From Betaproteobacteria bacterium HGW-Betaproteobacteria-9 (lineage in GTDB: Bacteria > Pseudomonadota > Gammaproteobacteria > Burkholderiales > Burkholderiaceae_C), in contig PHCC01000007.1 of assembly GCA_002842215.1 (NCBI GenBank), positions 103,113 to 167,112 on the forward strand: a stretch of 64,000 bases of DNA, read 5' to 3'. A model generated the notes under the pieces. It did no database searches, had not been told where the DNA came from, and was given only the letters and a program-made list of their open reading frames with translations. A program made the position numbers and the translations under genes. The stretch's first letter is position 1; every line of letters begins with the position of its first letter. Below are positions 42,448 to 54,889 of the stretch, piece by piece.

Positions 42448-43254
42448 TCAGGCCAGGGCTTCGGGCGGCAGATCTTCCACCGACTTGGCACCCGTCATCA
42501 CGGCCACGGTGTCGCTCATGCTGATGTGTTTCGGGTCCACCACCGCCGCGCGTTTGCCCAGGCGGGCGATGTGGATGCGGTCGGCGATCTCGAAGACGTG
42601 CGGCATGTTGTGGCTGATCAGGATCACGGGCAGGCCCTTGTCGCGCACGCGGCGGATGAGTTCGAGCACCATGTTGCCCTCTTTCACGCCCAACGCGGCG
42701 GTGGGTTCGTCCATGATCACCACGTGCTGCGCGAAGGCCGCCGCGCGGGCCACGGCCACGCACTGGCGCTGGCCGCCCGAGAGCGTTTCCACCGCCTGCG
42801 TCATGGAGCGGATGCCGACCTTCAGGTCGTTCATGCGCGCGATGCTTTCTTCCAGCATCTTCTTCTTGTCGATCATCTGCAGCACGCTGCCGAGGAAACC
42901 GGGGCGGCGGATTTCGCGCCCGAGGAACAGGTTCTCAGCGATGGTCATGGCCGGGGCCACGGCGAGGTCCTGGTAGACCGTCTCGATGCCGGCGCGGCGC
43001 GCGTCGATCGGGCTCTTGAAGTGGGCGCGGGCGCCGTCGAGGTAGATCTCGCCTTCGTCGGGGATCGTCGCGCCAGCCAGGCACTTGATCAGCGAGGACT
43101 TGCCGGCGCCGTTGTCGCCGATCACGGCCAGGATTTCCCCGGCGCGCAGTTCGAAGTCGGCACCGTCGAGCGCGGTGACCTGGCCGTAGCGCTTGACGAG
43201 GCCCTTGGCCTGGATCACGAGCGGGCTTTGAGCGTTGGGTGCGGTGGACATCAA
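42448..43254 (-). CDS. frcA: Monosaccharide ABC ATPase
   Basis: GDNGAGKS, LSGGQRQ, MDEPTAALG; single-domain CUT2 ATPase. Confidence 0.85.
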   Translation of the reverse strand: MMSTAPNAQSPLVIQAKGLVKRYGQVTALDGADFELRAGEILAVIGDNGAGKSSLIKCLAGATIPDEGEIYLDGARAHFKSPIDARRAGIETVYQDLAVAPAMTIAENLFLGREIRRPGFLGSVLQMIDKKKMLEESIARMNDLKVGIRSMTQAVETLSGGQRQCVAVARAAAFAQHVVIMDEPTAALGVKEGNMVLELIRRVRDKGLPVILISHNMPHVFEIADRIHIARLGKRAAVVDPKHISMSDTVAVMTGAKSVEDLPPEALA

Positions 43255-44210
43255 CGGACTCCTTTGCGGGACATCTGGTCGGTCATCACAGCCAATATGA
43301 CGAGGATGCCGGTAACGAGAATCTGGTAAACGGAAGACACGCCCATGAGCGTCAGGCCGTTGCGGAACACGCCCACGATCAGCGCGCCCACCAGGGTGCC
43401 GAGGATGATGCCGCGGCCACCAAACAGGCTGGTGCCGCCCAGCACCACGGCGGTGATGGCGTCGAGGTTTTCGGTCTGCCCGGCGTTCGGGTCACCGGCG
43501 CCGATGCGCGCCACGGAGAGCAGCGAGGCCAGGCCGTAGAACACGCCGGCCAGCACGTACACGCCCAGCAGCACCTTGTCGGTGGAGATACCGGTCAGGC
43601 GGGTGGCCTCGGGGCTGTTGCCCACGGCGTAGATGTGGCGGCCCGGCGCGGTCTCACGCAGGAACAGCCAGGTGATCAGGTACAGCGCGAGCATCAGCAC
43701 CACGCCGTAGAGGATGTTGGTCTCGCCGATGCGGAACGAGTTGCCGAGCCAGGTCAGGCCGTCGGACACCTCGGTGACGGTCTGCGAGCCCGAGTACAGC
43801 TGGGTGATGGCGAACGCGATGTTCAGCGTGCCCAGCGTGACGATGAAAGGTGGCAGCTTGGCCTTGGTGACCAGCAGGCCGTTGATCAGACCGAAGCCGG
43901 CCGTGGCGGCGATGCCCAGCGTGATCGCGACCGGGGCGGAGAGCCCGAAGTCGGCGCCCATCTTGGTCATCACGATGCTGCCCAGCGCCATGATCATGCC
44001 GCACGACAAGTCAATGCCCGCGGTCAGGATGATGAGCGTCTGGCCAATGGCGATCGTGCCCACCACCATGACCTGCTGCAGGATCAGCGAGAAGTTCTGC
44101 AGCGTCAGGAAACGCTCGTTCTGCGTGGCAAAGAACAGGCAGGCAAAGATCAGGGCAATAAACGGCCCGAGCGTGCCCATGGGCGGAAGTTTGGCTTTGA
44201 TGGCATTCAT
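43251..44210 (-). CDS. frcC: Monosaccharide ABC permease
   Basis: GIDLSCG, PPFIVTLG, AVVLGGTSLFGGRG. Confidence 0.85.
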   Translation of the reverse strand: MNAIKAKLPPMGTLGPFIALIFACLFFATQNERFLTLQNFSLILQQVMVVGTIAIGQTLIILTAGIDLSCGMIMALGSIVMTKMGADFGLSAPVAITLGIAATAGFGLINGLLVTKAKLPPFIVTLGTLNIAFAITQLYSGSQTVTEVSDGLTWLGNSFRIGETNILYGVVLMLALYLITWLFLRETAPGRHIYAVGNSPEATRLTGISTDKVLLGVYVLAGVFYGLASLLSVARIGAGDPNAGQTENLDAITAVVLGGTSLFGGRGIILGTLVGALIVGVFRNGLTLMGVSSVYQILVTGILVILAVMTDQMSRKGVR

Positions 44211-44353
44211 GGCGGTGGCCCGTCCAATCAGAGAAGAAGAAGTTGCAGCGCAGGTGAGACAACTGGCTACAAGCGGAGGCCCGTCTGATGCAGGCTCTCT
44301 ATCAGTCAAGAGCAGGAGTCTGTGCGCCAAGCGAAGCGAGGCGCTCCCCCAGT

Positions 44354-44460
44354 CCAGGGGCAGCAAGGGTCCGGCTTTGCCGGCCCCAGGTGCCGTCCCC
44401 CCTCCAAGCGCCAAAGGCGCGCCAGAGAGGGGGGAAGCCGCGCTAGCGGCGCAGGGGGGA
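44354..44460 (-). repeat. Dispersed multi-hairpin repeat, copy 7 (longer, with internal extra hairpin)
   Basis: Reverse strand CCCCCCTGCGCCGC..GCGGCTTCCCCCC..GGGGGGACG..GGCCGGCAAAGCCGG. Confidence 0.8.
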
Positions 44461-44465
44461 GAACC

Positions 44466-45470
44466 TTATTTATTCCCCCAGCACAGGTCCATGCCCGTCT
44501 TGACGTCTTTGCTCTCCACGCCCGCCACCGCCTTGCCCGCGATCAGGGTCACGCCGGTGTCGGTGTAGCCGCTGACCTTCTTGCCGGTCTTGGCGTATTC
44601 CACGCCCGCGGCCACGCCCATGGCGGCCATCTTCAGCGGGTACTGCTGGCTGGTCGCGGTGATCACGCCCGCGCCCACGTCCTTGACGCCGGTACAGCCG
44701 CCGTCCACCGAGACGATGACCACGTCTTTTTCCTTGCCGGCGGCCTTCAGCGCCTTGTAGGCACCGGCGGCGGCGGGTTCGTTGATCGTGTACACCAGGT
44801 TGATGCCGGGGTTCTTCTGCAGGCAGTTTTCCATGCCGGTCTGGCCCTTGGCGGCGTCACCGAAGCTGTCGGCCATGCACGCCACGCCCGCGGCGGCGCC
44901 GCCGAGGTTGTTGCTCTTGGCATCGGGGGCGGTCAGGCCGAAGCCCTTCAGGAAACCGTTGTGGCGCTGGGCGCCCACCGGGTGGCCGGGGAACAGGTCG
45001 AGCGTGGCGATGACCGGCTTCTTGCCCGCCATGGCCACCTTGGCGTACTGACCGATCAGCACGCCGGCCTTGTAGTTGTCGGTGGCGAACAGGCCGTCCA
45101 CGGCGGTGGCCGGGTCGGTCGGGCTGTCCAGTGCGATCACCTGCACGCCCTGCTGCTGCGCGCGCTTGATGGCGGGGATGATGGCCTTGGCGTCGCTGGG
45201 GGTGATCAGGATGGTCTTGGCACCGGCGGCGATCATGTTCTCCATGGCGGTCACCTGGCCGGCGTTGTCGCCGTCGGTCTTGCCCGCGGCCGACAGCAGC
45301 TTGGCGCCGAGCTTGGTGGCTTCGGCGGTGGCGCCCTCTTTCATCTTCACGAAGAAGGGGTTGGACTCGGTCTTGGTGATCAGGCCGATGACGGGCTGCG
45401 ACTGGGCGGCGGCAACGCCAACGGCCAGCGTCAGGGCGGAAAACACGAAGGCGGGTGCGAGTTTTTTCAT
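44466..45470 (-). CDS. frcB: Fructose/ribose/mannose-type ABC substrate-binding protein
   Basis: ITKTESNPFFVKMKEGA, TINEPAAAGA, SVDGGC, SQQYP, C-terminal CWG resemble rhizobial FrcB. Confidence 0.85.
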   Translation of the reverse strand: MKKLAPAFVFSALTLAVGVAAAQSQPVIGLITKTESNPFFVKMKEGATAEATKLGAKLLSAAGKTDGDNAGQVTAMENMIAAGAKTILITPSDAKAIIPAIKRAQQQGVQVIALDSPTDPATAVDGLFATDNYKAGVLIGQYAKVAMAGKKPVIATLDLFPGHPVGAQRHNGFLKGFGLTAPDAKSNNLGGAAAGVACMADSFGDAAKGQTGMENCLQKNPGINLVYTINEPAAAGAYKALKAAGKEKDVVIVSVDGGCTGVKDVGAGVITATSQQYPLKMAAMGVAAGVEYAKTGKKVSGYTDTGVTLIAGKAVAGVESKDVKTGMDLCWGNK

Positions 45471-45585
45471 GGATGTCTCCTCGAAGGGATGGAAGATGGG
45501 CGGAAGGTACACAGGCTCGGCAGTCAGTCTCTTGGGGTTTTCACGCTGTCTGCTGCGGAGTGACTGAACTATATTTCGGTTCAGG

Positions 45586-45610
45586 TTAATAAATCAACTG
45601 GATTTAGTTA
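45586..45610. promoter_or_regulatory. Imperfect palindrome in divergent promoter, probable ROK operator
   Basis: TTAATAAATC-AACTG-GATTTAGTTA. Confidence 0.45.
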
Positions 45611-46623
45611 TGGTTTTCCCTAGTTCATCTGCCCCCATTCAAGTCGCCACCGCCGGCGAAGCCCTCATCGACATGATCACGGAATCCGACGGACGGTTGC
45701 GCCCCTGCGCCGGTGGCGCGGTCTACAACCTCACCCGCGCGCTCGGGCTGCAGGGCGTGGGCACGCTCTACCTCAACCCGCTCTCGCAGGACCGCTTCGG
45801 CCGCCTGATGGCCGACGCGATCCACGAGGCCCGCGTGACGCTGGCGCGCGAGACGCCGGTGCACGAGCCCACCTCGCTCGCGCTGGTCGGCCTGGACGCC
45901 GAGGGCAAGGCCAGCTACAGCTTCTACCGCGACGGCGTGGCCGACCGCCAGGTCAACGCCGCCGAGATGACGGCGCAGTGCGCGACCCAGCCGGGTCTGA
46001 AGGTGGCGGTCACCGGCTGCCTGGCCCTGGTCGCCGACGACAGCCCCAAATACCTGCCCTGGCTGCAGGCCCAGCGCGCCGCCGGCAAGCTGGTGGTGGT
46101 GGACGCCAACCTGCGCCCGGCCATCGTCCCGGACATGGCCGCCTACCAGGCCAGCGTGATGGCCGCGCTCGGCCAGGCGCACATCGTCAAGGTCAGCGAC
46201 GACGATCTGGTCACGCTCGGCTTCACCGCGCCCGATCCGCTGGACGCCGCGCGCGAACTGCTGCAAGCCACCTCGGCCACCTGGCTGGCGCTCACCCTGG
46301 GCCCCAAGGGCGCCGTGCTGCTGCACCGCGACGGCCGGGGCTGGAAAGCCGCCGAGTCGGCGCCGGTTGCCGTGGTGGACACCGTGGGCGCCGGCGACTG
46401 CTTCCTGGCCGGCCTGCTGGTGGCCCTGCTCGAACGCCCGGCCATGCAGAACGCTGCCCGCGCCGATCAGCTGGTGCTCGACAGCGGCGACGTGCAACAG
46501 ATCCTGGGCCGTGCCGTGGCCAGCGCCAGCCTCTGCGTGATGCAGACCGGCTGCGTGCCGCCCAGCCGCGACAAGGTCGTTGAACGCGTGGCCACGCTGC
46601 GACCCATGTTCCGATCGCTTTGA
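45610..46623 (+). CDS. PfkB family carbohydrate kinase (fructokinase-like)
   Basis: GEALID, GGAVYN, DANLRP, TLGPKGA, DTVGAGDCF. Confidence 0.92.
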   Translation: MVFPSSSAPIQVATAGEALIDMITESDGRLRPCAGGAVYNLTRALGLQGVGTLYLNPLSQDRFGRLMADAIHEARVTLARETPVHEPTSLALVGLDAEGKASYSFYRDGVADRQVNAAEMTAQCATQPGLKVAVTGCLALVADDSPKYLPWLQAQRAAGKLVVVDANLRPAIVPDMAAYQASVMAALGQAHIVKVSDDDLVTLGFTAPDPLDAARELLQATSATWLALTLGPKGAVLLHRDGRGWKAAESAPVAVVDTVGAGDCFLAGLLVALLERPAMQNAARADQLVLDSGDVQQILGRAVASASLCVMQTGCVPPSRDKVVERVATLRPMFRSL

Positions 46624-46692
46624 ACCTTGTCGCCCTGGCCAGCACGAACATTGCATGTTTCCCGGGGCGCCTGGCGCAGAAAGAAACCCGCT

Positions 46693-46707
46693 TGTAACTT
46701 GATTACA
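46693..46707. promoter_or_regulatory. HexR-like operator upstream of zwf
   Basis: TGTAA-CTTGA-TTACA palindrome. Confidence 0.6.
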
Positions 46708-46743
46708 CTAAACTCCTTCAAATCGCGTAACTAAGTTAGACCC

Positions 46744-48219
46744 ATGGCCACATCCACACCCTCCCAAACCCCTGAGGCCCCGCTCGATCTGGTGATCTTT
46801 GGTGGTGTGGGCGACCTCTCGGTGCGCAAGCTGCTGCCCGCGCTGTACATGGCCCACCTGCACAACAACCTGCCCGGGTCCACGCGCATCCACGCCCTGG
46901 GCCGCCAGGTCTGGGACCGTGCCGCCTTCCTGGCCTTCATCCAGGAAAAGGTGCCCGGTTTCATCGGCAGCAAGGCCTACAACGACAGCGCCTGGGGCAG
47001 CTTCGTGCGCCGCCTGAACTACGTCTGCGTGGACGCCACCGACGCCAGCGACTTTCCCGGCCTGGGCGCCGAACTGCAGACCGGCTCCGACCGCGTCTAT
47101 TACCTGGCCACCGCCCCCAGCCTGTTCACCGGCATCTGTGCACACCTCGGTGGTGCGGGCCTGATCGATGCACGCTCGCGCGTGGTGCTGGAAAAGCCGC
47201 TCGGCCACGACCTCGAATCGGCGCGCCAGATCAACGAAGACGTCGGCCAGCACTTCCAGGAACAGCAGATCTTCCGCATCGACCACTACCTCGGCAAGGA
47301 GACGGTGCAGAACCTGATGGTGCTGCGCTTTGGCAACACCATCTTCGAGCCGCTCTGGCGCAGCCCCTACATCAAGAGCGTGCAGATCACCGTGGCCGAG
47401 AGTGTGGGCGTGGGCAGCCGCGCCGGCTTCTACGACGGCACCGGCGCCATGCGCGACATGGTGCAAAACCACCTGCTGCAGCTGCTGTGCATCGTCGCCA
47501 TGGAGCCGCCGGTGTCGCTGGACCCCGACGCCGTGCGCGACGAAAAGCTCAAAGTGCTGCGCTCGCTGCGCCCCATGACCATGGCCGACGTGGCGCGCGA
47601 CACCGTGCGTGGCCAGTACAGCGCCGGCGCCTCCAACGGCGATGCCGCCGTGGGCTACCTGCAGGAAGACAACATCCCGCCCGAGAGCAGCACCGAAACC
47701 TTTGTGGCCCTCAAGGCCCACATCAACAACTGGCGCTGGGCCAACGTGCCGATCTTCCTGCGCACCGGCAAGCGCATGGCCGAGCGCCGCTCGGAGATCG
47801 TCATCGAATTCGCCGAACTGCCTTTCACCATCTTCGGTGACTCGCCCCACCAGTCGGTCAACCGCCTGATGATCCGCCTGCAGCCCGAGGAACACATCCA
47901 GCTGCAGATGATGGCCAAGGAACCCGGCAGCGGCATGAAGCTGCGCCCGGTCAACCTGAACCTCGACCTCGAATCCGCCTTCTCCGAGCGCCGCGCCGAG
48001 GCCTACGAACGCTTGCTCATGGACGTGATCAAAGGCCGACTGACCCACTTCATGCGCCGCGACGAACTCGAAGCCGCCTGGACCTGGGTCGAACCCATCA
48101 TCGACGGCTGGCAACAGCTCAATGAAAAGCCCAAGGCCTACACGGCGGGCAGCTGGGGACCGGCGGCTTCTTCGGCTTTGATGGCGCGGGAGGGTTCTTC
48201 GTGGGTAGAGGAATCATGA
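46744..48219 (+). CDS. zwf: Glucose-6-phosphate 1-dehydrogenase
   Basis: FGGVGDL, EKPLG, RIDHYLGKE, RDMVQNHLLQ, RTGKR. Confidence 0.97.
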   Translation: MATSTPSQTPEAPLDLVIFGGVGDLSVRKLLPALYMAHLHNNLPGSTRIHALGRQVWDRAAFLAFIQEKVPGFIGSKAYNDSAWGSFVRRLNYVCVDATDASDFPGLGAELQTGSDRVYYLATAPSLFTGICAHLGGAGLIDARSRVVLEKPLGHDLESARQINEDVGQHFQEQQIFRIDHYLGKETVQNLMVLRFGNTIFEPLWRSPYIKSVQITVAESVGVGSRAGFYDGTGAMRDMVQNHLLQLLCIVAMEPPVSLDPDAVRDEKLKVLRSLRPMTMADVARDTVRGQYSAGASNGDAAVGYLQEDNIPPESSTETFVALKAHINNWRWANVPIFLRTGKRMAERRSEIVIEFAELPFTIFGDSPHQSVNRLMIRLQPEEHIQLQMMAKEPGSGMKLRPVNLNLDLESAFSERRAEAYERLLMDVIKGRLTHFMRRDELEAAWTWVEPIIDGWQQLNEKPKAYTAGSWGPAASSALMAREGSSWVEES

Positions 48220-48905
48220 TCTCCGAACACCCCAACGCCACCCCCGCGGCCACCGCCGAGCACATCGCCAACGCCCTGCGCACCGCCATCGCCGCGCGCG
48301 GTCAGGCCAGCCTCGCGGTCTCGGGCGGCAAGTCACCCATCCCCTTGTTCGAAGCATTGCGCGAGCAGGACCTCGACTGGTCGAAAGTCACGGTGGTGCT
48401 GGTGGACGAACGTGTGGTCCCGCGCGACCACGCCGACAGCAACACCGCCCTGGTGGCCCGCCACCTGCTGCAAGGCCGCGCCGCCGCGGCGCGCTTCCAG
48501 CTGTTCTTCCGCGAACTCGCTCCGACCTTCAACGCCGAGGTGCTGGACGCCCTGGTGCGCGACGCCGAAGAACGCATCACTTCCCTGCCCTGGCCGCTGG
48601 ACGTGGCCGTGCTCGGCATGGGCGAAGACGCCCACACCGCTTCGCTGTTCCCCGGTGCCCCCGGCTACGCCCGCGCCATCGCCACCGATGAACGCCTGGC
48701 CTGGGTAGTGCCACACACCGCGCCCCATGCGCGCATCAGCTTCACCCTCAGCGCCCTGCTCGCCGCGCGCGAGCTGGTGCTGTCCATTGCTGGCGAGAAC
48801 AAGCTCGCCGTTTACCGCCGCGCCGCCCAAAAGGCCGACGAGGCACTTCCGATCTCTCTGGTGATCAACCAGACCCAGGCGCCACTCAGCGTCTGGATGA
48901 ACTGA
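48216..48905 (+). CDS. pgl: 6-phosphogluconolactonase
   Basis: [25 protein letters not shown]. Confidence 0.93.
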   Translation: MISEHPNATPAATAEHIANALRTAIAARGQASLAVSGGKSPIPLFEALREQDLDWSKVTVVLVDERVVPRDHADSNTALVARHLLQGRAAAARFQLFFRELAPTFNAEVLDALVRDAEERITSLPWPLDVAVLGMGEDAHTASLFPGAPGYARAIATDERLAWVVPHTAPHARISFTLSALLAARELVLSIAGENKLAVYRRAAQKADEALPISLVINQTQAPLSVWMN

Positions 48906-48918
48906 ACAGGAAAACCCC

Positions 48919-50754
<1,836 letters not shown>

Positions 50755-50767
50755 ATTGGACACAGAC

Positions 50768-51403
50768 ATGACCACCACCTGCTTCACCCGCCCCGCCTTC
50801 ACCTCCCGCGTCGTGCCCGTCATCGTGCTCACCGACCCGGCCCATGCCGTGCCGCTGGCCCATGCCCTGCTGGAAGGCGGCATCGACGTGATGGAGATCA
50901 CCCTGCGTTCCGACGCCGCGCTCGCCAGCATCGAAGCCGTGGCCAAGGCCGTGCCGCAGATGCACCTGGGCGCCGGCACGGTGACCCGCGTGGCCGAGGT
51001 GCAGCGCGTCATCGACGCCGGCGCCACCTTCGCCCTTTCACCCGGTGCGACCGACGCGCTGGTCGAAGCCGTCAAGGCCGCCAAGCTGCCCTTCATCCCC
51101 GGTGTGATGACACCCGGCGAAGTGATGCACCGCCGCGAGCAAGGCTTCTCGCTCATGAAGCTGTTCCCCGCTCAGCAGGCCGGCGGCATGGGCATGCTCA
51201 AGGCGCTGGGCGCACCGATCCCGGACGTTGCGTTCTGCCCCACCGGCGGCGTGAGCCCCGAAAACCTGAAAGACTTTCTGAAACTGCCCAACGTGGCCAT
51301 GGCCGGCGGCAGCTGGCTGACCCCTGCCAACGCACTGGCGGCCGGCGACTGGGCTTACATCACCCAGCTGGCTCGTGGCGCAACCGAACTCGCCGCTGGG
51401 TAA
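50768..51403 (+). CDS. eda: KDPG aldolase
   Basis: MEITLRS, GAGTV, KLFPA, CPTGGV. Confidence 0.95.
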   Translation: MTTTCFTRPAFTSRVVPVIVLTDPAHAVPLAHALLEGGIDVMEITLRSDAALASIEAVAKAVPQMHLGAGTVTRVAEVQRVIDAGATFALSPGATDALVEAVKAAKLPFIPGVMTPGEVMHRREQGFSLMKLFPAQQAGGMGMLKALGAPIPDVAFCPTGGVSPENLKDFLKLPNVAMAGGSWLTPANALAAGDWAYITQLARGATELAAG

Positions 51404-51481
51404 TCCTCCCCGCGCCGCTTCGGATCACCCCCCAGGGGGCGATGCCAGCGGCCCGGCCAAGCCGGTTCCGCAGCATCCCGG
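51404..51481 (+). repeat. Dispersed multi-hairpin repeat, copy 8
   Basis: CAGGGGGCGATGCCAGCGGCCCGG..AGCCGGTTCCGC matches copy 4. Confidence 0.85.
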
Positions 51482-51524
51482 CTCAACGCCTCATGCGAAA
51501 CTCTGCAGTGAATTGGAAGCACCC

Positions 51525-53165
51525 ATGAGCACTCTTTTCCCCTCCCCCACCACCCTCCCCGTCTGGCAGCAGCTCGCCACCCTGGCCGCCGCCCCGCAAC
51601 CCCACCTGCGCGACCGCCTCGCCGCCCCCGGCCGAGAGCAGCAGATGCAGGCCTGCGCCGCCGGCACCGGGATCCGGATCGACTTCAGCCGCCAGGCGCT
51701 GGACGGCGCCGTGTGGGACGCGCTCATGGATCTGGCCCGCCAGGCCGGCGTGGAGCGCCAGCGCGACGCCATGTTCCGAGGCGACGTGATCAACACCTCC
51801 GAACAGCGCGCCGTGCTGCACGTGGCGCTGCGTGGCACGCCCGGCGCCAGCGGCAGCGATGCGCCCTGGGGTGCGGACATCCAGCAGCAGGTGCAAACCG
51901 AGCTGGACCGTGTCTGCGCTTTCGCCGACCGCGTGCGCGCGGGCACCGTGAAAGGCAGCACCGGCCTGGCCATCACCGACGTGGTGAACATCGGCATCGG
52001 CGGCTCCGACCTCGGCCCGCGCATGGCGGCCGACGCGCTAGCGCCCCTGTGCAGCGACGGCAAGACCGGCGTGCGCGTGCACTTCGTCAGCAACCCCGAC
52101 GCCTGGGCGCTGCACAGCACGCTGCGCGGTCTGGACCCGCAGAGCACGCTGATCGTCGTCGCCAGCAAAACCTTCACCACGCAGGAAACCATGACCAACG
52201 CCGCCTCCGCACGGCGCTGGCTTCAGGACGCCGGCATCGAAGGCGCTGCGCAAAGCCCGCACCTGGTCGCCATCACCGCCGCGCCGAAAAAATCCGGCGC
52301 GGCCGGCTACCCCGCCGAACACACCTTCACCTTCTGGGACTGGGTCGGTGGTCGCTATTCGCTGTGGTCCGCGCTCGGCCTCCCGCTTGCGATCGCCATC
52401 GGGTCAACCGCCTTCCGCGAATTCCTGGCCGGCGGCCAAGCCATGGACGCGCACTTCCGCAGCGCGCCGCTGGCGCAGAACCTGCCCGTCATCCTCGCCA
52501 TGAGCGGCGTGTGGAACCGCAACTTCCTGCTCTGCCCCACCCAGCTGCTCTCCACTTACCCCAGCCGCCTGGTGCGCTTCGCGCCCTTCGTGCAACAGAT
52601 GGACATGGAAAGCAACGGCAAGCGCATCCGCAAGGACGGCCAGCCCTGCAACACCGACACCGGCCCCATCATCTGGGGCGGCCTCGGCATCGACGGACAA
52701 CACGCCTACTTCCAGCTGCTGCACCAGGGCACGCACCGCGTGCCGGTCGAATTCATCGGCGTTGAAACCGAAGACACGCCCCTGCCGCTGGCCGCCGAAC
52801 ATCACCGCGTCGTCAACCTCAACCTGCGCGCCCAGGCCCAGGCCCTGGCCGTGGGCCGCAGCGAAGTCGACACCCTGCAAGCCCTCATGTCCGAAGGCAT
52901 GAGCGCCGAACAGGCCGAAGTGTTCGTGAGCCAGCGCAGCTTCAAGGGCGACGTGCCCAGCAGCACCATCTGGCTCGACGCCCTCACCCCGCACAGCCTG
53001 GGCGCGCTGATCGCGCTTTACGAACACAAGGTGTTCACCCAGGCCGCCATCTGGGGCATCAACGCCTACGACCAGTGGGGCGTGGAACTGGGCAAGACCA
53101 TGGCGAAACAAATGGAAACCCCCCGCGGTGCTTCGCACCTCCCCCCTGCCGGGGGCAACGCCTGA
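51525..53165 (+). CDS. pgi: Glucose-6-phosphate isomerase
   Basis: [46 protein letters not shown]. Confidence 0.96.
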   Translation: MSTLFPSPTTLPVWQQLATLAAAPQPHLRDRLAAPGREQQMQACAAGTGIRIDFSRQALDGAVWDALMDLARQAGVERQRDAMFRGDVINTSEQRAVLHVALRGTPGASGSDAPWGADIQQQVQTELDRVCAFADRVRAGTVKGSTGLAITDVVNIGIGGSDLGPRMAADALAPLCSDGKTGVRVHFVSNPDAWALHSTLRGLDPQSTLIVVASKTFTTQETMTNAASARRWLQDAGIEGAAQSPHLVAITAAPKKSGAAGYPAEHTFTFWDWVGGRYSLWSALGLPLAIAIGSTAFREFLAGGQAMDAHFRSAPLAQNLPVILAMSGVWNRNFLLCPTQLLSTYPSRLVRFAPFVQQMDMESNGKRIRKDGQPCNTDTGPIIWGGLGIDGQHAYFQLLHQGTHRVPVEFIGVETEDTPLPLAAEHHRVVNLNLRAQAQALAVGRSEVDTLQALMSEGMSAEQAEVFVSQRSFKGDVPSSTIWLDALTPHSLGALIALYEHKVFTQAAIWGINAYDQWGVELGKTMAKQMETPRGASHLPPAGGNA

Positions 53166-53198
53166 GGCCCAGCCAAGCCGGTTCCTCGGCGTTTCTGG
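53119..53198 (+). repeat. Dispersed multi-hairpin repeat, copy 9, overlapping the pgi 3' end
   Basis: CCCCCC..GGGGGCAACGCCTGAGGCCCAGCCAAGCCGGTTCCTCGGCGTTTCTGG matches family tail. Confidence 0.8.
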
Positions 53199-53220
53199 AC
53201 TGAATGCACGGAACACGACC

Positions 53221-53589
53221 ATGCGCATCGCCCTCATCGCCCACGACAAGAAAAAAGACGCCATCGTCGCCCTGGCCAGCGAGTTCGCGACCCTGCTGCG
53301 GCAACACACCCTCATGGGCACCGGCACCACCGGCGGGCGCCTTGAATCCGAAGTGGGATTGAACGTGGAACGCCTGCTCAGTGGCCCGCTCGGCGGCGAC
53401 CTGCAGATCGGCGCGCGGCTGTCGGTCGGCGAAGTGGACTGCGTGATCTTCCTGCGCGACCCCATGACCGCCCAGCCCCACGAACCCGACATCAGCGCGC
53501 TGCTGCGCGCCTGCGACGTGCACAACGTGCCATGTGCGACGAACGTGGCAACGGCACGGCTGCTGCTGGACGATCTGGCGCGGCGCTGA
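53221..53589 (+). CDS. mgsA: Methylglyoxal synthase
   Basis: [35 protein letters not shown]. Confidence 0.95.
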   Translation: MRIALIAHDKKKDAIVALASEFATLLRQHTLMGTGTTGGRLESEVGLNVERLLSGPLGGDLQIGARLSVGEVDCVIFLRDPMTAQPHEPDISALLRACDVHNVPCATNVATARLLLDDLARR

Positions 53590-53602
53590 TACGCGGCTGG
53601 AC

Positions 53603-53890
53603 CTACCGGGCGATCTTGCGTTCAATCTCGGCCACCACGCCCGCCCGCAAGGTCAGGATGGTGATCGTCTGAGGATCCCGGGCGTGGGGAAAGTAGGTCC
53701 AGGTCTTCTCCTCCGGCTGCCCCTTGAAGTTCCTCACGAAAGCCTCATGGTCGGGCTTGCCGATCTTGAACAGCACCTCGCCCTCGTGCATGCCCTTGCT
53801 GATGAACTTGCGATCTCGGGCGTCGTCTGCTGCGGCGACCGCACAGGCGCTTGCCAGCAAAGCAAAGATCAGCGCTTTTTTGATGGACAT
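53603..53890 (-). CDS. Small secreted hypothetical protein
   Basis: Signal peptide, GMHEGEVLFKIGKP resembles SmpA/OmlA-like beta-grasp repeats. Confidence 0.7.
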   Translation of the reverse strand: MSIKKALIFALLASACAVAAADDARDRKFISKGMHEGEVLFKIGKPDHEAFVRNFKGQPEEKTWTYFPHARDPQTITILTLRAGVVAEIERKIAR

Positions 53891-53949
53891 CGATGACTCC
53901 TTGGCAACGAGGCTATGGATCCGTGGAAGACAGGCCGGCAACCTTTGCA

Positions 53950-54321
53950 TCAGCCGGCAATGCGGCTGAGTTTAGATGCCTCGGTGGCCAGACGAACAGC
54001 TGTTTCCTTGTGGAATGGCGTGTCCTGTTTCAGTTCCAGGGTGGCCATCTGGTACTTCCCGCCGGGCCTCAGACGGGGCTCGATGTGCCGCAGGCGCTGA
54101 CCTTCCCAGAAACCGAACAACACGCGCGTGGGCTCCGCCCGAATCAGCAGCACCGGGCCATCGGCGAAATAGACGATGTGGCCCCATTTCAGCCGTTCTT
54201 CCAGTTCGGGCGCGGCGTCGCGGACCACGCCGCGCAAGGCCTGCGCGTAGCTGTGTTGCCAGCCGCGCAGACAGCCGATGTATTCATCGGGATTCGTCGC
54301 CTGCGTCAGGACCATCTTCAT
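53950..54321 (-). CDS. DUF1801 (YdhG-like) protein
   Basis: PELEERLKWGHIVY, VLFGFWEG. Confidence 0.75.
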   Translation of the reverse strand: MKMVLTQATNPDEYIGCLRGWQHSYAQALRGVVRDAAPELEERLKWGHIVYFADGPVLLIRAEPTRVLFGFWEGQRLRHIEPRLRPGGKYQMATLELKQDTPFHKETAVRLATEASKLSRIAG

Positions 54322-54337
54322 CGTGTTCTCCCAGGAC

Positions 54338-54889
54338 TCACACCCGAAGCAAACCCCGGAAGCCCCGGGCCGCGTAGTACGACTGCACGCCGTTGTGATA
54401 GACGAACACCCGGCCATAGCGCCGGTCACCAAAGAGCGCGCCGCCGAGCGCCCTGACCCCGGGCGGCGTCTGGAGCCAGCTGGACGTCTTCAAATCAAAC
54501 TCACCGAGCTGCTGAAGTGCCCGGTACTGATCTTCCGTCAGCAACTCGATGCCCATCTCGGCTGCCATCTCGCCCGCACTGTTATCGGGCTTGTTCTCTT
54601 TTCTGGCGGCACGTGCCTCGCCGTCGTAACAGGTGCTTCTGCGCCCTGTGGGGCTTTCCGGTGAGCAGTCGCAAAAGATCACATGGCCGGAATCCTGGGC
54701 CGCACCCATGACATCCGGCTCTCCCCCCGTGGCCTCCATCGCTTGCAGCGCGCTCAGCGCCCCGGGATGGCCTTCGAGCCTGGCGAGCACGTCCGGCCAT
54801 GCCGTCCCGGCGTGCCGGTGCATGTGCTTCTCAAAGCGCGTCTTGAGCACCTGGAGCAAGGCTTCGCGTTCGGTGGTCTTCATGGTCAT
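54338..54889 (-). CDS. DUF4256-like protein
   Basis: LKTRFEKHMHRH, MEATGGEPDV, GRRSTCYD, YHNGVQSYYAARGFRGLLRV. Confidence 0.8.
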   Translation of the reverse strand: MTMKTTEREALLQVLKTRFEKHMHRHAGTAWPDVLARLEGHPGALSALQAMEATGGEPDVMGAAQDSGHVIFCDCSPESPTGRRSTCYDGEARAARKENKPDNSAGEMAAEMGIELLTEDQYRALQQLGEFDLKTSSWLQTPPGVRALGGALFGDRRYGRVFVYHNGVQSYYAARGFRGLLRV

